DNA of 64,000 nt. Source: a candidate division FCPU426 bacterium. GTDB taxonomy: Bacteria; Oederibacteriota; Muellerivitia; Muellerivitales; Muellerivitaceae. The DNA lies in assembly GCA_963796105.1 (NCBI GenBank), contig CAWCKJ010000004.1, positions 992,001 through 1,056,000 on the forward strand, given 5' to 3'. The position numbers and the translations under genes were made by a program. Shown piece by piece: positions 40,367 to 48,740 of the stretch; position 1 is the stretch's first letter; every line of letters starts with the position of its first letter. The notes beneath the pieces were generated by a model. That model worked only from the letters and a program-made list of their open reading frames with translations. It was not told where the DNA came from and did not search any database.

Positions 40367-40963
40367 GTGAAAAGAATTTTCAGATGTTTGGGGATCATTT
40401 GCTTTTACTTATTTCCCTCAGTCCTTTTCGCCACAACAACCCCGAAAACCGAAACCGCCGTCTTCGCGGGCGGGTGCTTCTGGTGCATGACCCCGCCTTT
40501 TGAGGAATTGAAGGGTGTTTTGAAAGTCACCACTGGTTATACGGATGGAAAAGGGAAAAATCCAGCCTATGGCGATTACGCGGAGAAAGGCTATACCGAA
40601 GGAGTCCAAATCACGTTCGATTCGTCCCAGGTTTCATATGAACGTCTATTGGAAGTATTCTGGCGGCAGATCAATCCGACCGATTCCAACGGGCAATTTG
40701 CCGACCGGGGTCCGCAATACCGGGCGGCCGTGTTTTACCTAAATGAATACCAAAAAAAACAAGCGGAGAAATCAAAAAAGGATTTGGGCAAATCCGGCAA
40801 GTTTGATAAGCCCATTCTTGTCCCCATCAAGAAGTATATGAATTTTTATCCCGCAGAGGATTATCACCAGGATTTTTACAAAAAAAATCCTGTCCATTAC
40901 CGTCTTTACCACATGAACTCGGGAAGGGAATCCTTCTTGGAAAAAGTCTGGGCCAAACATTAG
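40367..40963 (+). CDS. msrA: Peptide-methionine (S)-S-oxide reductase, exported
   Basis: FAGGCFWC, GQF.DRG.QYR, FYPAEDYHQ; N-terminal signal peptide; GTG start after AAGGAG. Confidence 0.93.
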   Translation: MKRIFRCLGIICFYLFPSVLFATTTPKTETAVFAGGCFWCMTPPFEELKGVLKVTTGYTDGKGKNPAYGDYAEKGYTEGVQITFDSSQVSYERLLEVFWRQINPTDSNGQFADRGPQYRAAVFYLNEYQKKQAEKSKKDLGKSGKFDKPILVPIKKYMNFYPAEDYHQDFYKKNPVHYRLYHMNSGRESFLEKVWAKH

Positions 40964-41238
40964 GAACTCCTGGAAAATTCCAGGGGAATGACAACCCCTC
41001 GGGTAAAAAAGACCAAATCACCATAGATTCCAATCAGGAAGGTTATTCGTAAAACCCGAAGACGGGTATGGTTAATGGCTTGAACGTTTGGGGGCTTTAG
41101 GAATGAAGTCCTCGACTCTTTTGAGGCAATTGGAATAAAATTCTCAGCAAGCCGGGAGATTCATGACGCTCGGAATTGAGACGCTTCTTTTTCGCGTCCC
41201 ACCTATCAATTTCAAATTAATCTACAAAGGAGAGAACC

Positions 41239-41880
41239 ATGATCCAGTACAAGAATATTTATGTGTTAATCGCGGCCGGGTTGGCATTGTCAGGGGGAAA
41301 GTTGTGGGCGGATGACACGATTCCCGCTCCGCCTCAAACCTCGCCCACCCCGATAGCGACTGTCGCGAGCAAGGAAGCCAAAAGCGACATCGTCAAGGCG
41401 GTCAAGGCCGAGGGCGTGACCGTGTCGCCCATGAAGGCGGCAATGGCTTTGGCGGAAGCTGGCAAGATCGACGAGGCCGTCGCGGCCTATGAGAAGATGG
41501 GTGTACAGAAATCAGCGAAAGTGGAAGCCTGGAGGCTCAATAATGAGGGATTGGCTTACCTAATCGGGGGCAAACCCGAAAAGGCCGCGCCTCTCTTGGA
41601 AAAATCCACAGCCACCAACGCTGATAATTATGTGGCTTGGAATAATCTGGGGAGCGCCTATGAGCAGACGGGTCAGCTCGATAAGGCCAAGGACGCCTAC
41701 CAGAAATCAATAGACGCGGCTAAAAAGGCGGACGCCGCCTCTGTGAAGGCGGAGGACAACCTGAAGAGCTTGCAAGCCAGGCTTGAAAAGTTAGCTGCTA
41801 AAAAAGCCAAGGGGGTCAAGAAGGCTGGCGATGAAACCCCGGCAACACCAGTCAGCGGAACGCCTGCTGAGAAGAAATAA
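41239..41880 (+). CDS. Secreted TPR protein
   Basis: Signal peptide; AWNNLGSAYEQTGQLDKAKDAYQKSI. Confidence 0.8.
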   Translation: MIQYKNIYVLIAAGLALSGGKLWADDTIPAPPQTSPTPIATVASKEAKSDIVKAVKAEGVTVSPMKAAMALAEAGKIDEAVAAYEKMGVQKSAKVEAWRLNNEGLAYLIGGKPEKAAPLLEKSTATNADNYVAWNNLGSAYEQTGQLDKAKDAYQKSIDAAKKADAASVKAEDNLKSLQARLEKLAAKKAKGVKKAGDETPATPVSGTPAEKK

Positions 41881-41906
41881 AAGCAATAGACTTTTTAAAA
41901 TAAAAC

Positions 41907-41948
41907 AAAAAAGTCCCTCCCATGGCAACAAAGGAGGGACTTCTTTTT
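41907..41948. terminator. Bidirectional terminator
   Basis: AAGTCCCTCC...GGAGGGACTT with A and T tracts on either side. Confidence 0.7.
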
Positions 41949-42004
41949 ATTCCGGTCGTTTCTTCCGGCCGGGATGGTTTTCTTGTGAAACGGGTCAAAG
42001 AGAA

Positions 42005-42220
42005 TTAGGAGGACGTCATCATTTTCTTCGGGCGGACCCATAAGGCGATTTCGTCGGTGGCCCAGATCTCATCCGGCAGTTCGGAATTGATGTAGACCCT
42101 TACGTATTTCTTCTTGTTGGAAATGGAAGTGTTGATTTCCTTGACGTTGAGGACGGTCCCCACCTTCCGGGTTAGGATATTAAAAACCTCGTCATTGGGC
42201 TCGAACTGGAAATCCGGCAT
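42005..42220 (-). CDS. Small hypothetical protein (SH3-like pattern)
   Basis: AGGAGGAG RBS; F...DEV......VGTV. Confidence 0.6.
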   Translation of the reverse strand: MPDFQFEPNDEVFNILTRKVGTVLNVKEINTSISNKKKYVRVYINSELPDEIWATDEIALWVRPKKMMTSS

Positions 42221-42438
42221 AGTCGCTCCTCCTACTCACCTATAAACATTTTACCCCAAAAAACACGGGATTCATTTCAAAAGTAGGAGAATTCAAATGA
42301 AATGAGGGCTGATTCTTTGAAAATGACTGAAAAGATTAAATTTTTCCGTCTCAATGGGGGAACTTGAATTCCAAGCGAATATTTTCATTCCTCTTGACCG
42401 GCGTGTTTTATCTCGAAGTATTTCTAATTGAAGACAAT

Positions 42439-42468
42439 AAAAAAGCCGGGGCTGGAAAACCCGGCTTT
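42439..42468 (-). terminator. Intrinsic terminator of the yceI-like gene
   Basis: AAAAAAGCCGGG...CCCGGCTTT. Confidence 0.75.
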
Positions 42469-42479
42469 CAATGATTGAT

Positions 42480-43151
42480 TTATTTTTTCGAGTTCTCTGA
42501 GGATTTGGCTTTCATTTTATGCATTATATTACCCAGGCTTGTTTTGTCCATACCTGCAATGTCCAGGGTAATAGTCACGTCGTTTCCCACCATTAGATTC
42601 TTTCCGCCGGATAGTTTGTCCTGGCCCCAGTCCAGTTTGAAATCTCTCCGGTCGATTTTGGTTGTTGCTGAAAAACCAACTATCTTGGCGGTCATCTTCC
42701 CTTCCTTGTCCATCGGCATGGTGTCTTCGCCCATGTAGTCCGCATCCAACACGACTGATTTGGTGACTCCATGCATAGTCAGATCGCCGGTCACTTTGTA
42801 TTGGCTATCTCCATCACCCTTGGCCACGCTTTTACTGACGAAAATAAGAGTGGGGTATTTTTCAACGTCAAAAAAATCGGGGGATTGGAGGTGCTTATCC
42901 CTCATCTCGTTGCCTGTGCTTATGCTGGCGGCTTGGATGGTCACTTTGATCTTGGCTGTTTCAGGTTTTTTTGGGTCAAAGCTGAAGGAACCGTCGTAAT
43001 CCTTGAATTCCCCCGGAACCGGGCTCAGGATGTGACGCACGGAAAAGCCAATGTGAGTATGGGCTTTATCAAACCCGTATTCGGTGGCCCCGGCGGTGAT
43101 GAAAATCCCCGAAAATAAGAGCACTACCATAGTCAAAAGAACCTTTTTCAT
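42480..43151 (-). CDS. YceI family protein
   Basis: D.AHT.IGFSVRH, SI.TG...RD.HL.S.DFFD...YP, GDLTMHGVTK, IDRRDF. Confidence 0.93.
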   Translation of the reverse strand: MKKVLLTMVVLLFSGIFITAGATEYGFDKAHTHIGFSVRHILSPVPGEFKDYDGSFSFDPKKPETAKIKVTIQAASISTGNEMRDKHLQSPDFFDVEKYPTLIFVSKSVAKGDGDSQYKVTGDLTMHGVTKSVVLDADYMGEDTMPMDKEGKMTAKIVGFSATTKIDRRDFKLDWGQDKLSGGKNLMVGNDVTITLDIAGMDKTSLGNIMHKMKAKSSENSKK

Positions 43152-43251
43152 GTTCGCAAACTCCTTTCTTGATTTGCTTCTAAATTGGACATATATATAA
43201 GTAGGGTGATTACTAAAGGAAAGTAGCCTTTGGGTAATTTTTTAAGAATAA

Positions 43252-43269
43252 GGTTACGGTTCAGTAACC
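43252..43269. promoter_or_regulatory. Palindrome between the divergent yceI and HxlR genes (possible operator)
   Basis: GGTTAC-GGTTCA-GTAACC. Confidence 0.4.
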
Positions 43270-43305
43270 GTTATTAGCCCATATTCCCTCGTTTTTGGAG
43301 GAAAA

Positions 43306-43755
43306 TTGATCCGCCATCGAGCCAATAAATCAGGGCCTGCGCCCAAAAGCTGTCCCCTGGAAGCCGGATTGAAGATATTATCGGGGGCTTGGTCCCCTCA
43401 AATCCTTTGGTACCTCCAAGCCGAACCAAGGCGATTCGGGGACCTGAAAAGGGATTTAGGCAAGATTTCCGCAAAGGTCCTCACCACCCGCCTGAGGGAA
43501 TTGGAAAAAAGAGGGGTAGTCGCCCGCGCAGTAATGCACACCTCCCCTCCCACCGTGGAATATTCCTTGACCGAGTTGGGACGCAAAATGAACCCCATCT
43601 TGGAAATCATCGCCGAGGTAGGGAAGGATCTCACCTTTACCACTTCTGGAGAAGGAATTCTCGAGAGAAAGGAAAAAGAGAAAACAGCTCCCGCGAAAGT
43701 TGGATCGATCGGCTGGGATGTTTCTCTTTCCCCGCGGGATTTACCGTTAGTTTGA
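43306..43755 (+). CDS. HxlR (DUF24) family transcriptional regulator
   Basis: CPLE..L..L.G.W...IL..L....RRF..L...L..IS.KVL..RLRELE..G.V.R......PP.VEYSLT..G. Confidence 0.92.
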   Translation: MIRHRANKSGPAPKSCPLEAGLKILSGAWSPQILWYLQAEPRRFGDLKRDLGKISAKVLTTRLRELEKRGVVARAVMHTSPPTVEYSLTELGRKMNPILEIIAEVGKDLTFTTSGEGILERKEKEKTAPAKVGSIGWDVSLSPRDLPLV

Positions 43756-44062
43756 TTTTCCTAGTTGGCGGACTTCCTGTTTTTATCAATTTTCCTGCGT
43801 TGCTTTCGAATTCAAATTTCATTTTTATTCCCGAATGGTAATGCTTTTGATAACCTCAGGATCCGCTCTATTGAATGATCTTTTCCTCAAATACAATTCA
43901 ATCCTTGCATTCACACTTAAGAAATTGATTTAGGAATTTCCCGTAAAATTAGGTATCTTCAATATTTGAAGGAAATATTTGTCCGCCCCAAAATGTTTTG
44001 TGTAGTCTCCTGGCGAGTTGAGTGAAAATGATGAATACTTCTAGATTTATTTCCTGATTTAT

Positions 44063-44104
44063 CTGATTTAAATCATAGAAAATAAGGGAGTGGAGTCCTA
44101 TATT
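44063..44104 (+). promoter_or_regulatory. Class II Crp/Fnr-type promoter
   Basis: TGATTTAAATCA palindrome centred at 44069.5; TATATT at 44099-44104; predicted +1 at A44111 puts the box at -41.5. Confidence 0.55.
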
Positions 44105-44110
44105 TCTTTC

Positions 44111-44227
44111 AGGCGCGGGGTTCTTTAATGGCACCAATGAGGTGCCACGGGCATATTGCCCGACGTGGTAAGAAAGGGACCTCCGCCAACACCCTGGGTG
44201 GCTCCCCTACCTGGGGTTTTTTATTTT
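44111..44227 (+). ncRNA. Candidate structured small RNA (three-way junction plus terminator)
   Basis: Closing stem 44112-44126 with 44174-44187, hairpins GGCACC/GGTGCC and CGGGCA/TGCCCG, terminator 44192-44227. Confidence 0.55.
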
Positions 44228-44357
44228 CCGGCACTTTCTTTTCCACCGAATAAATAACCAGCGACAATCGTCACAAAAGTTACTTTTCATCACAAATGGT
44301 TAAAACCACGTTTCGTTTTATCCGGGTTCTAAAAGCAGATTTTGTTTTGGAGGACGC

Positions 44358-45458
44358 TTAAGTCGGTTGGTAAACACAGAAAGGGTCCGCCCCCATCATA
44401 TCGCCTGTCAGGGCGTAACTCCGGGCGCGGGAGCCCCCACAATAATAGCGGTACTCGCACCGGCCGCATTTTCCCTGAAGCGCGTCGGAATCCCTAAGTT
44501 TCACGAACATATCGTTTTTCTGGTAGATATCGGCCAAGGGTTGACTCTTAACATTCCCACCGGGGATGGGCAGGAAGCCGCTGGGACAAACTTCCCCAGT
44601 ATGGGAAATGAAAACGAAGCCGCGGCCGTCATTGACTCCCAGAGCGGCCCGGATGAGTCCGGGATCCACTCCCCTCTGGATGGCTTCCTCCAACTTGTCG
44701 GGCTTTACCCCGGCGCGCTGAAGAATCACCCGCCTGAAATGATGGGCCTCGGTGGTTTTGATGTCAAACCAGCCTTCCCTCAGAATGTCATAAAGCTGAT
44801 TCAATACGACTTCCGACTCCGAGGCGTTAAAAGCCTGGGATTTGTCGGCGCGGCCGGTGGGTACCAGGAAAAAGACCGACCAGCGCTCTATGCCATAAGG
44901 TTTCAAGAGCCTTGCGATATCCCATATTTGGGTTTGGTTATGTTTCCCCACGGTCGTATTGACCTGGAGCCGCATGCCTAATTGCTGGACATAAGCCATA
45001 GTTTCCACACAGCGTTTGAAGGTTCCGGGAATGCCCCGGAAAGTATCGTGGGTTTTTGCGTCAGCGCCATCGATGGAAATGGAAATTCCCTTCAAGCCCG
45101 CTTCCTTCAACTCTTTTAATTTATCGCAAGTCAAAAGAGGGGTGACCGATGGGGCCAAGGCGAAATTCATATCCAATTTTGCGCATTCCCGGATCAGGTC
45201 CATGATGTCTGCACGTTTTAAGGGGTCACCGCCTGTAATGACAAACAGCGGGACTTTCCACTCGGCAATTTGATGGATCAGATCCAGGGCCTGGCGGGTA
45301 TCCAACTCGTCGGGATAAGGGATGGGTTCTGCGGCGGCCCGGCAATGCACACAGGCCAGGTCGCAGGCTCGGGTAGCCTCATATATAGCGATAAAAGGTT
45401 TATCGGAATAGCGGTGGTTAGGCTTGGTTCCGAAAGCTTGAAATTGGCGTGATTCCAT
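44358..45458 (-). CDS. Radical SAM/SPASM protein (TIGR04053, AhbD/NirJ-like)
   Basis: PFIAIYEATRACDLACVHCRA, TGGDPL, FFLVPTGR, KTTEAHHFRR, GVNDGRGFVFISH.G.V.PSGFLP, KCGRCEY...CGGSRAR. Confidence 0.88.
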   Translation of the reverse strand: MESRQFQAFGTKPNHRYSDKPFIAIYEATRACDLACVHCRAAAEPIPYPDELDTRQALDLIHQIAEWKVPLFVITGGDPLKRADIMDLIRECAKLDMNFALAPSVTPLLTCDKLKELKEAGLKGISISIDGADAKTHDTFRGIPGTFKRCVETMAYVQQLGMRLQVNTTVGKHNQTQIWDIARLLKPYGIERWSVFFLVPTGRADKSQAFNASESEVVLNQLYDILREGWFDIKTTEAHHFRRVILQRAGVKPDKLEEAIQRGVDPGLIRAALGVNDGRGFVFISHTGEVCPSGFLPIPGGNVKSQPLADIYQKNDMFVKLRDSDALQGKCGRCEYRYYCGGSRARSYALTGDMMGADPFCVYQPT

Positions 45459-45713
45459 CTTTTCTCCCCGGGTTTTCTTTTGCCGCCTCGATGAAAATGA
45501 ATCTTGACTATAAAATGACGAGTTAATTTGGATGACCGATTTCAAGAATGTCTTAAATCATTGCCAGTAAAATATCAAGGGGCCCTTTACTTGTTTAGAA
45601 GGGACTCTTAGAATGACTTTATCGTTTTCGAGTGATAAGCTTACAGTATGACAACCAGAACCACATGGGTGATTGCTGGTTTTAATGTTTTAAAAAAATT
45701 AAGGAGTTTTGAA

Positions 45714-45953
45714 ATGGGCGGACGTTTTGGGGAGTTATTGCTTTTATTAATCGTGGCCCTGCTTCTTTTCGGACCCAGCAAACTGCCGGATTTGGCGCGG
45801 GCAATGGGGGAGGCTCTACGCGAATTTAAAAAAGCCGCCAATCCAGACCAACCTAGCCGGTCTTCTGGCCCTGATGTTTCCCCTAACCAAGCCGCGGCGC
45901 TTCCGGCCGAACAAAAGGACGCGCCGAAAAAAGAGGGATCGCCGATTTCGTAA
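45714..45953 (+). CDS. tatA: Twin-arginine translocase subunit TatA
   Basis: ELLLLLIVALLLFGPSKLPDLARAMGEALREFKKA; AAGGAG RBS. Confidence 0.93.
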   Translation: MGGRFGELLLLLIVALLLFGPSKLPDLARAMGEALREFKKAANPDQPSRSSGPDVSPNQAAALPAEQKDAPKKEGSPIS

Positions 45954-46164
45954 GGTTCTGGGTATAAGCCGACATTGAGCGCCGTTTCCGGAAGGGGACG
46001 GCGTTTTTTTATGGGCATAAAGGGCGGTTTCTTAGGGATTCTTGGGTGAAAACAGACCTGATTGAAAATTACGGGCGAAGTTCCACCCGCCATGGAAAAA
46101 ATTATTTTCTAATTGAACCATCCTCAGATAAGACAAATCCGATGGACCATTAAAGGGAACATCC

Positions 46165-47580
46165 TTGAGTTCATTCCTAAGAAGAGGTTTTAAATTTCTT
46201 TCCTCTGTTCAATTGGCTTTGCCTATGCTGCTGATTCTAGCTTCGGTTTTGGCGTCAGGGACGATTGTGGAGTCTTTATACTCAACTGCGGTGGCCAAAA
46301 GGTTTGTTTACGGGACCTGGTGGTTTGGGGTCTTCTTGTTCCTGTTGGGAGTCAATGTTCTCTGCTCAGCCCTATCTAGATTACCGTGGAAGAAACACCA
46401 TACTGGTTTTGTCATCACCCATTTGGGAATTCTTTTTATCCTCGTAGGATCATTGGTCACCCAAAAATTCGGCTCTGACGGCCAAATCGCCCTGGCGGAG
46501 GGCGAGGAGGGAAATCTTTTTCAGGAAGAAAAGCCCACTCTTTACTTCCAAATTGGTGATGACGCTCCTTTCCAGGTACCGGCATCTTTTCCGCTTCGCG
46601 CTACAAGTTCGGACAATCCCAAGATCATCCAGCTTCCGGGTGGGGGTCTTCTGATGTTGGATCAATTTATATTTAATGCCAGGAAAAAGGTTACCGCGAA
46701 GATTCCAGATAAGGACGAAAGAGGATTTCCCGCCATTCACCTGTCATTGGCCAGTTCGTTCGTCCAGGAAGACCGGTGGATGTTTTTGGGAAGTCCCGAT
46801 TACAGCCGCTTGGATATGGGCCCAGCGTCCGTTTTTTTTGAGAGGGAAGATATTTGGAGGAAAAAATTTAAGTCCCTTGTGATGGAAGGTTCCAACGTTT
46901 TGGCGGTGCTGCTCAAGCCGGACGGAAATCTTCAATATCAAATCCGGAAAAGGGGAAGCTGGGAACCTGAAAAAAAATTGGAGCCTGATGAGGAAATCCT
47001 CACGGGTTGGATGGATATGAAGTTTAAGGTTTCGGAAAGCCTGCATGAAGGCCTGCCAAAGGAATATTTTAGCGAGGAGCCGTTACAATCAAAAAGCGAT
47101 CTCCAGCCAGCCCTTCACTATGAAGTTATCCGTGACACTGACAGGAAGGAAGGTTGGATCGGTTACGAAAGCCAGGCCAGCTTCATCCTACACGGGGAAA
47201 AGTTCGCGATGGCCTACGGGCCTCTACAAGAGCTCTTGCCCTTTTCTGTCCGGCTTAAAAAATTCAACATGGGTTTTGACCCCGGCACGACGAAACCAGC
47301 CTCGTTTGAAAGCGATGTTTTTTATACAGATCCAGAAAAAGGAATCCAACTGGCGGCTGTCATCAGCATGAACCAACCCCTCCATTACATGGGTTACACC
47401 TTGTTTCAGGCCAGTTATTCGCCCGCGGGAAACGGCAAGTATGTCTCGGTCCTCTCCGTTGGAAGGGACCCCGGACTTTGGCTGAAATACGGGGGGGCCT
47501 TGATTCTCGTTTTAGGGATTATTTTTATGTTCTGGTTCAAGAACCCGGCCTGGAAAAAAAGGGAGCAAAATAGTTCCTAG
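46165..47580 (+). CDS. Cytochrome c biogenesis protein, ResB/Ccs1-like (paralog 1)
   Basis: FL.S..LA......A...GT..ES, Y..WWF, THLG, LPF.V.L.KF, F.S.V, I.MN.PL.Y.GY..FQASY, DPG...KY.G. Confidence 0.85.
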   Translation: MSSFLRRGFKFLSSVQLALPMLLILASVLASGTIVESLYSTAVAKRFVYGTWWFGVFLFLLGVNVLCSALSRLPWKKHHTGFVITHLGILFILVGSLVTQKFGSDGQIALAEGEEGNLFQEEKPTLYFQIGDDAPFQVPASFPLRATSSDNPKIIQLPGGGLLMLDQFIFNARKKVTAKIPDKDERGFPAIHLSLASSFVQEDRWMFLGSPDYSRLDMGPASVFFEREDIWRKKFKSLVMEGSNVLAVLLKPDGNLQYQIRKRGSWEPEKKLEPDEEILTGWMDMKFKVSESLHEGLPKEYFSEEPLQSKSDLQPALHYEVIRDTDRKEGWIGYESQASFILHGEKFAMAYGPLQELLPFSVRLKKFNMGFDPGTTKPASFESDVFYTDPEKGIQLAAVISMNQPLHYMGYTLFQASYSPAGNGKYVSVLSVGRDPGLWLKYGGALILVLGIIFMFWFKNPAWKKREQNSS

Positions 47581-47662
47581 TGACACCGTGGAATAGTATC
47601 CCTTGCAACCGCAAAAGACTTTATGATGGTTAAGCTAAATTTGATTTTCAAAGCGAGCTTTT

Positions 47663-48466
47663 ATGATCAATCCAAAAGAACAACCCCGCTATTTTTTCGA
47701 TCATCTCGTGGAATTGCGCAAAGGACTGATTCATTCCCTAGTTTATACAACTTTGGGGATTGGGTTGGCCTTTTGGAAATCCGGACTCCTCTTCAATGTT
47801 CTTTTGCATCCACTGCAGAGAGTCATGGAAAATTTTCCTCTCGCTTCGCTGCAGGTGGGCGGTCTCCAGACCCTGGTCCCAGTCGAGGCCTTCATGATCA
47901 ATATGAAGCTGGCCACGGCGGCCGGGTTGATCCTGGCTTCGCCCTTTATTTTGTGGGAAGCCTGGAACTTTATCAGTCCCGCCTTGAAGTTCAAGGAGCG
48001 GGGAGCCATTCTCATGGTCTTTTGCCTGGGGCTTATCTTTTTCACAGCGGGTGCGGCTTTCAGTTATTTTCTGGTCATCCCCATGGCCCTTCATTTCCTG
48101 GTTCAATATAACCTTGAATACCATTTTATCCCGCGCTGGACCCTGCAGGGTTATTTCAACTTTACAGTGAATTTCACGCTCATTTTCGGGTTGATATTCG
48201 AGTTTCCCCTGGTGTTGGCGGCGCTGGCCGCCATTGGAATCGTCACGCCTGAATTCATGGCCCAAAAACGGCGGATGGCGGTCATGGGTATCTTCATCCT
48301 GGCGGTCGCCTTGGCGCCCAGCGCCGATCCCATTACCATGCTGGTGGTGGCCATGCCCATGGTGGTTCTTTACGAGCTGGGAATTGGAATGTCCCGCTTG
48401 GTTTTCTTCCGGAGAAAGAAAAGAGAAGAAGCAAAAAGAACCGGGTCCGTGGAAATCCTGAAATAG
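47663..48466 (+). CDS. tatC: Twin-arginine translocase subunit TatC
   Basis: DHLVELR, P.EAF...MK, W.FISPAL...E, FGLIFEFP, P..DPITM...A.PM..LYE. Confidence 0.95.
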   Translation: MINPKEQPRYFFDHLVELRKGLIHSLVYTTLGIGLAFWKSGLLFNVLLHPLQRVMENFPLASLQVGGLQTLVPVEAFMINMKLATAAGLILASPFILWEAWNFISPALKFKERGAILMVFCLGLIFFTAGAAFSYFLVIPMALHFLVQYNLEYHFIPRWTLQGYFNFTVNFTLIFGLIFEFPLVLAALAAIGIVTPEFMAQKRRMAVMGIFILAVALAPSADPITMLVVAMPMVVLYELGIGMSRLVFFRRKKREEAKRTGSVEILK

Positions 48467-48499
48467 TTCCGAGTGCAGCTATCCGAAGAACGAATCTAG

Positions 48500-48629
48500 T
48501 AGGGTGCTGAAAAATTCCCCAAAACGGACTTTTTCAGCTGACGACATTTGCGGAAACCCCACGATTCCTGCGGAATCTTTGGGGTCGCCGGCTGCTTTGT
48601 GGGCCTATGTTTACTTTTTCAGCAGCCTG
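48500..48629. mobile_element. MITE-like element, copy 2
   Basis: TIRs TAGGGTGCTGAAAAA / CAGGCTGCTGAAAAA (13/15), CTAG on both flanks (48496-48499, 48630-48633), core shared with 7820-7857. Confidence 0.7.
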
Positions 48630-48740
48630 CTAGTGAAAAACAGGGCATTGCGCCTTATTTCATTATTTTCAAAAAGAAGCGCAATGGATTCTGTTCAGGG
48701 CGAAGCGCCCAGGTAACGAGGCTGAAATCAATCTGACGTT

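Noticed and set aside
44111..44227. Known riboswitch (FMN, c-di-GMP, ZTP, Moco, cobalamin)
   Set aside because: The conserved sequence motifs are not found and no same-strand gene lies downstream
44128..44253. 41-codon ORF (MAPMRCHGH...) inside the candidate sRNA
   Set aside because: No RBS, and it runs through the terminator hairpin; the RNA structure explains the sequence better
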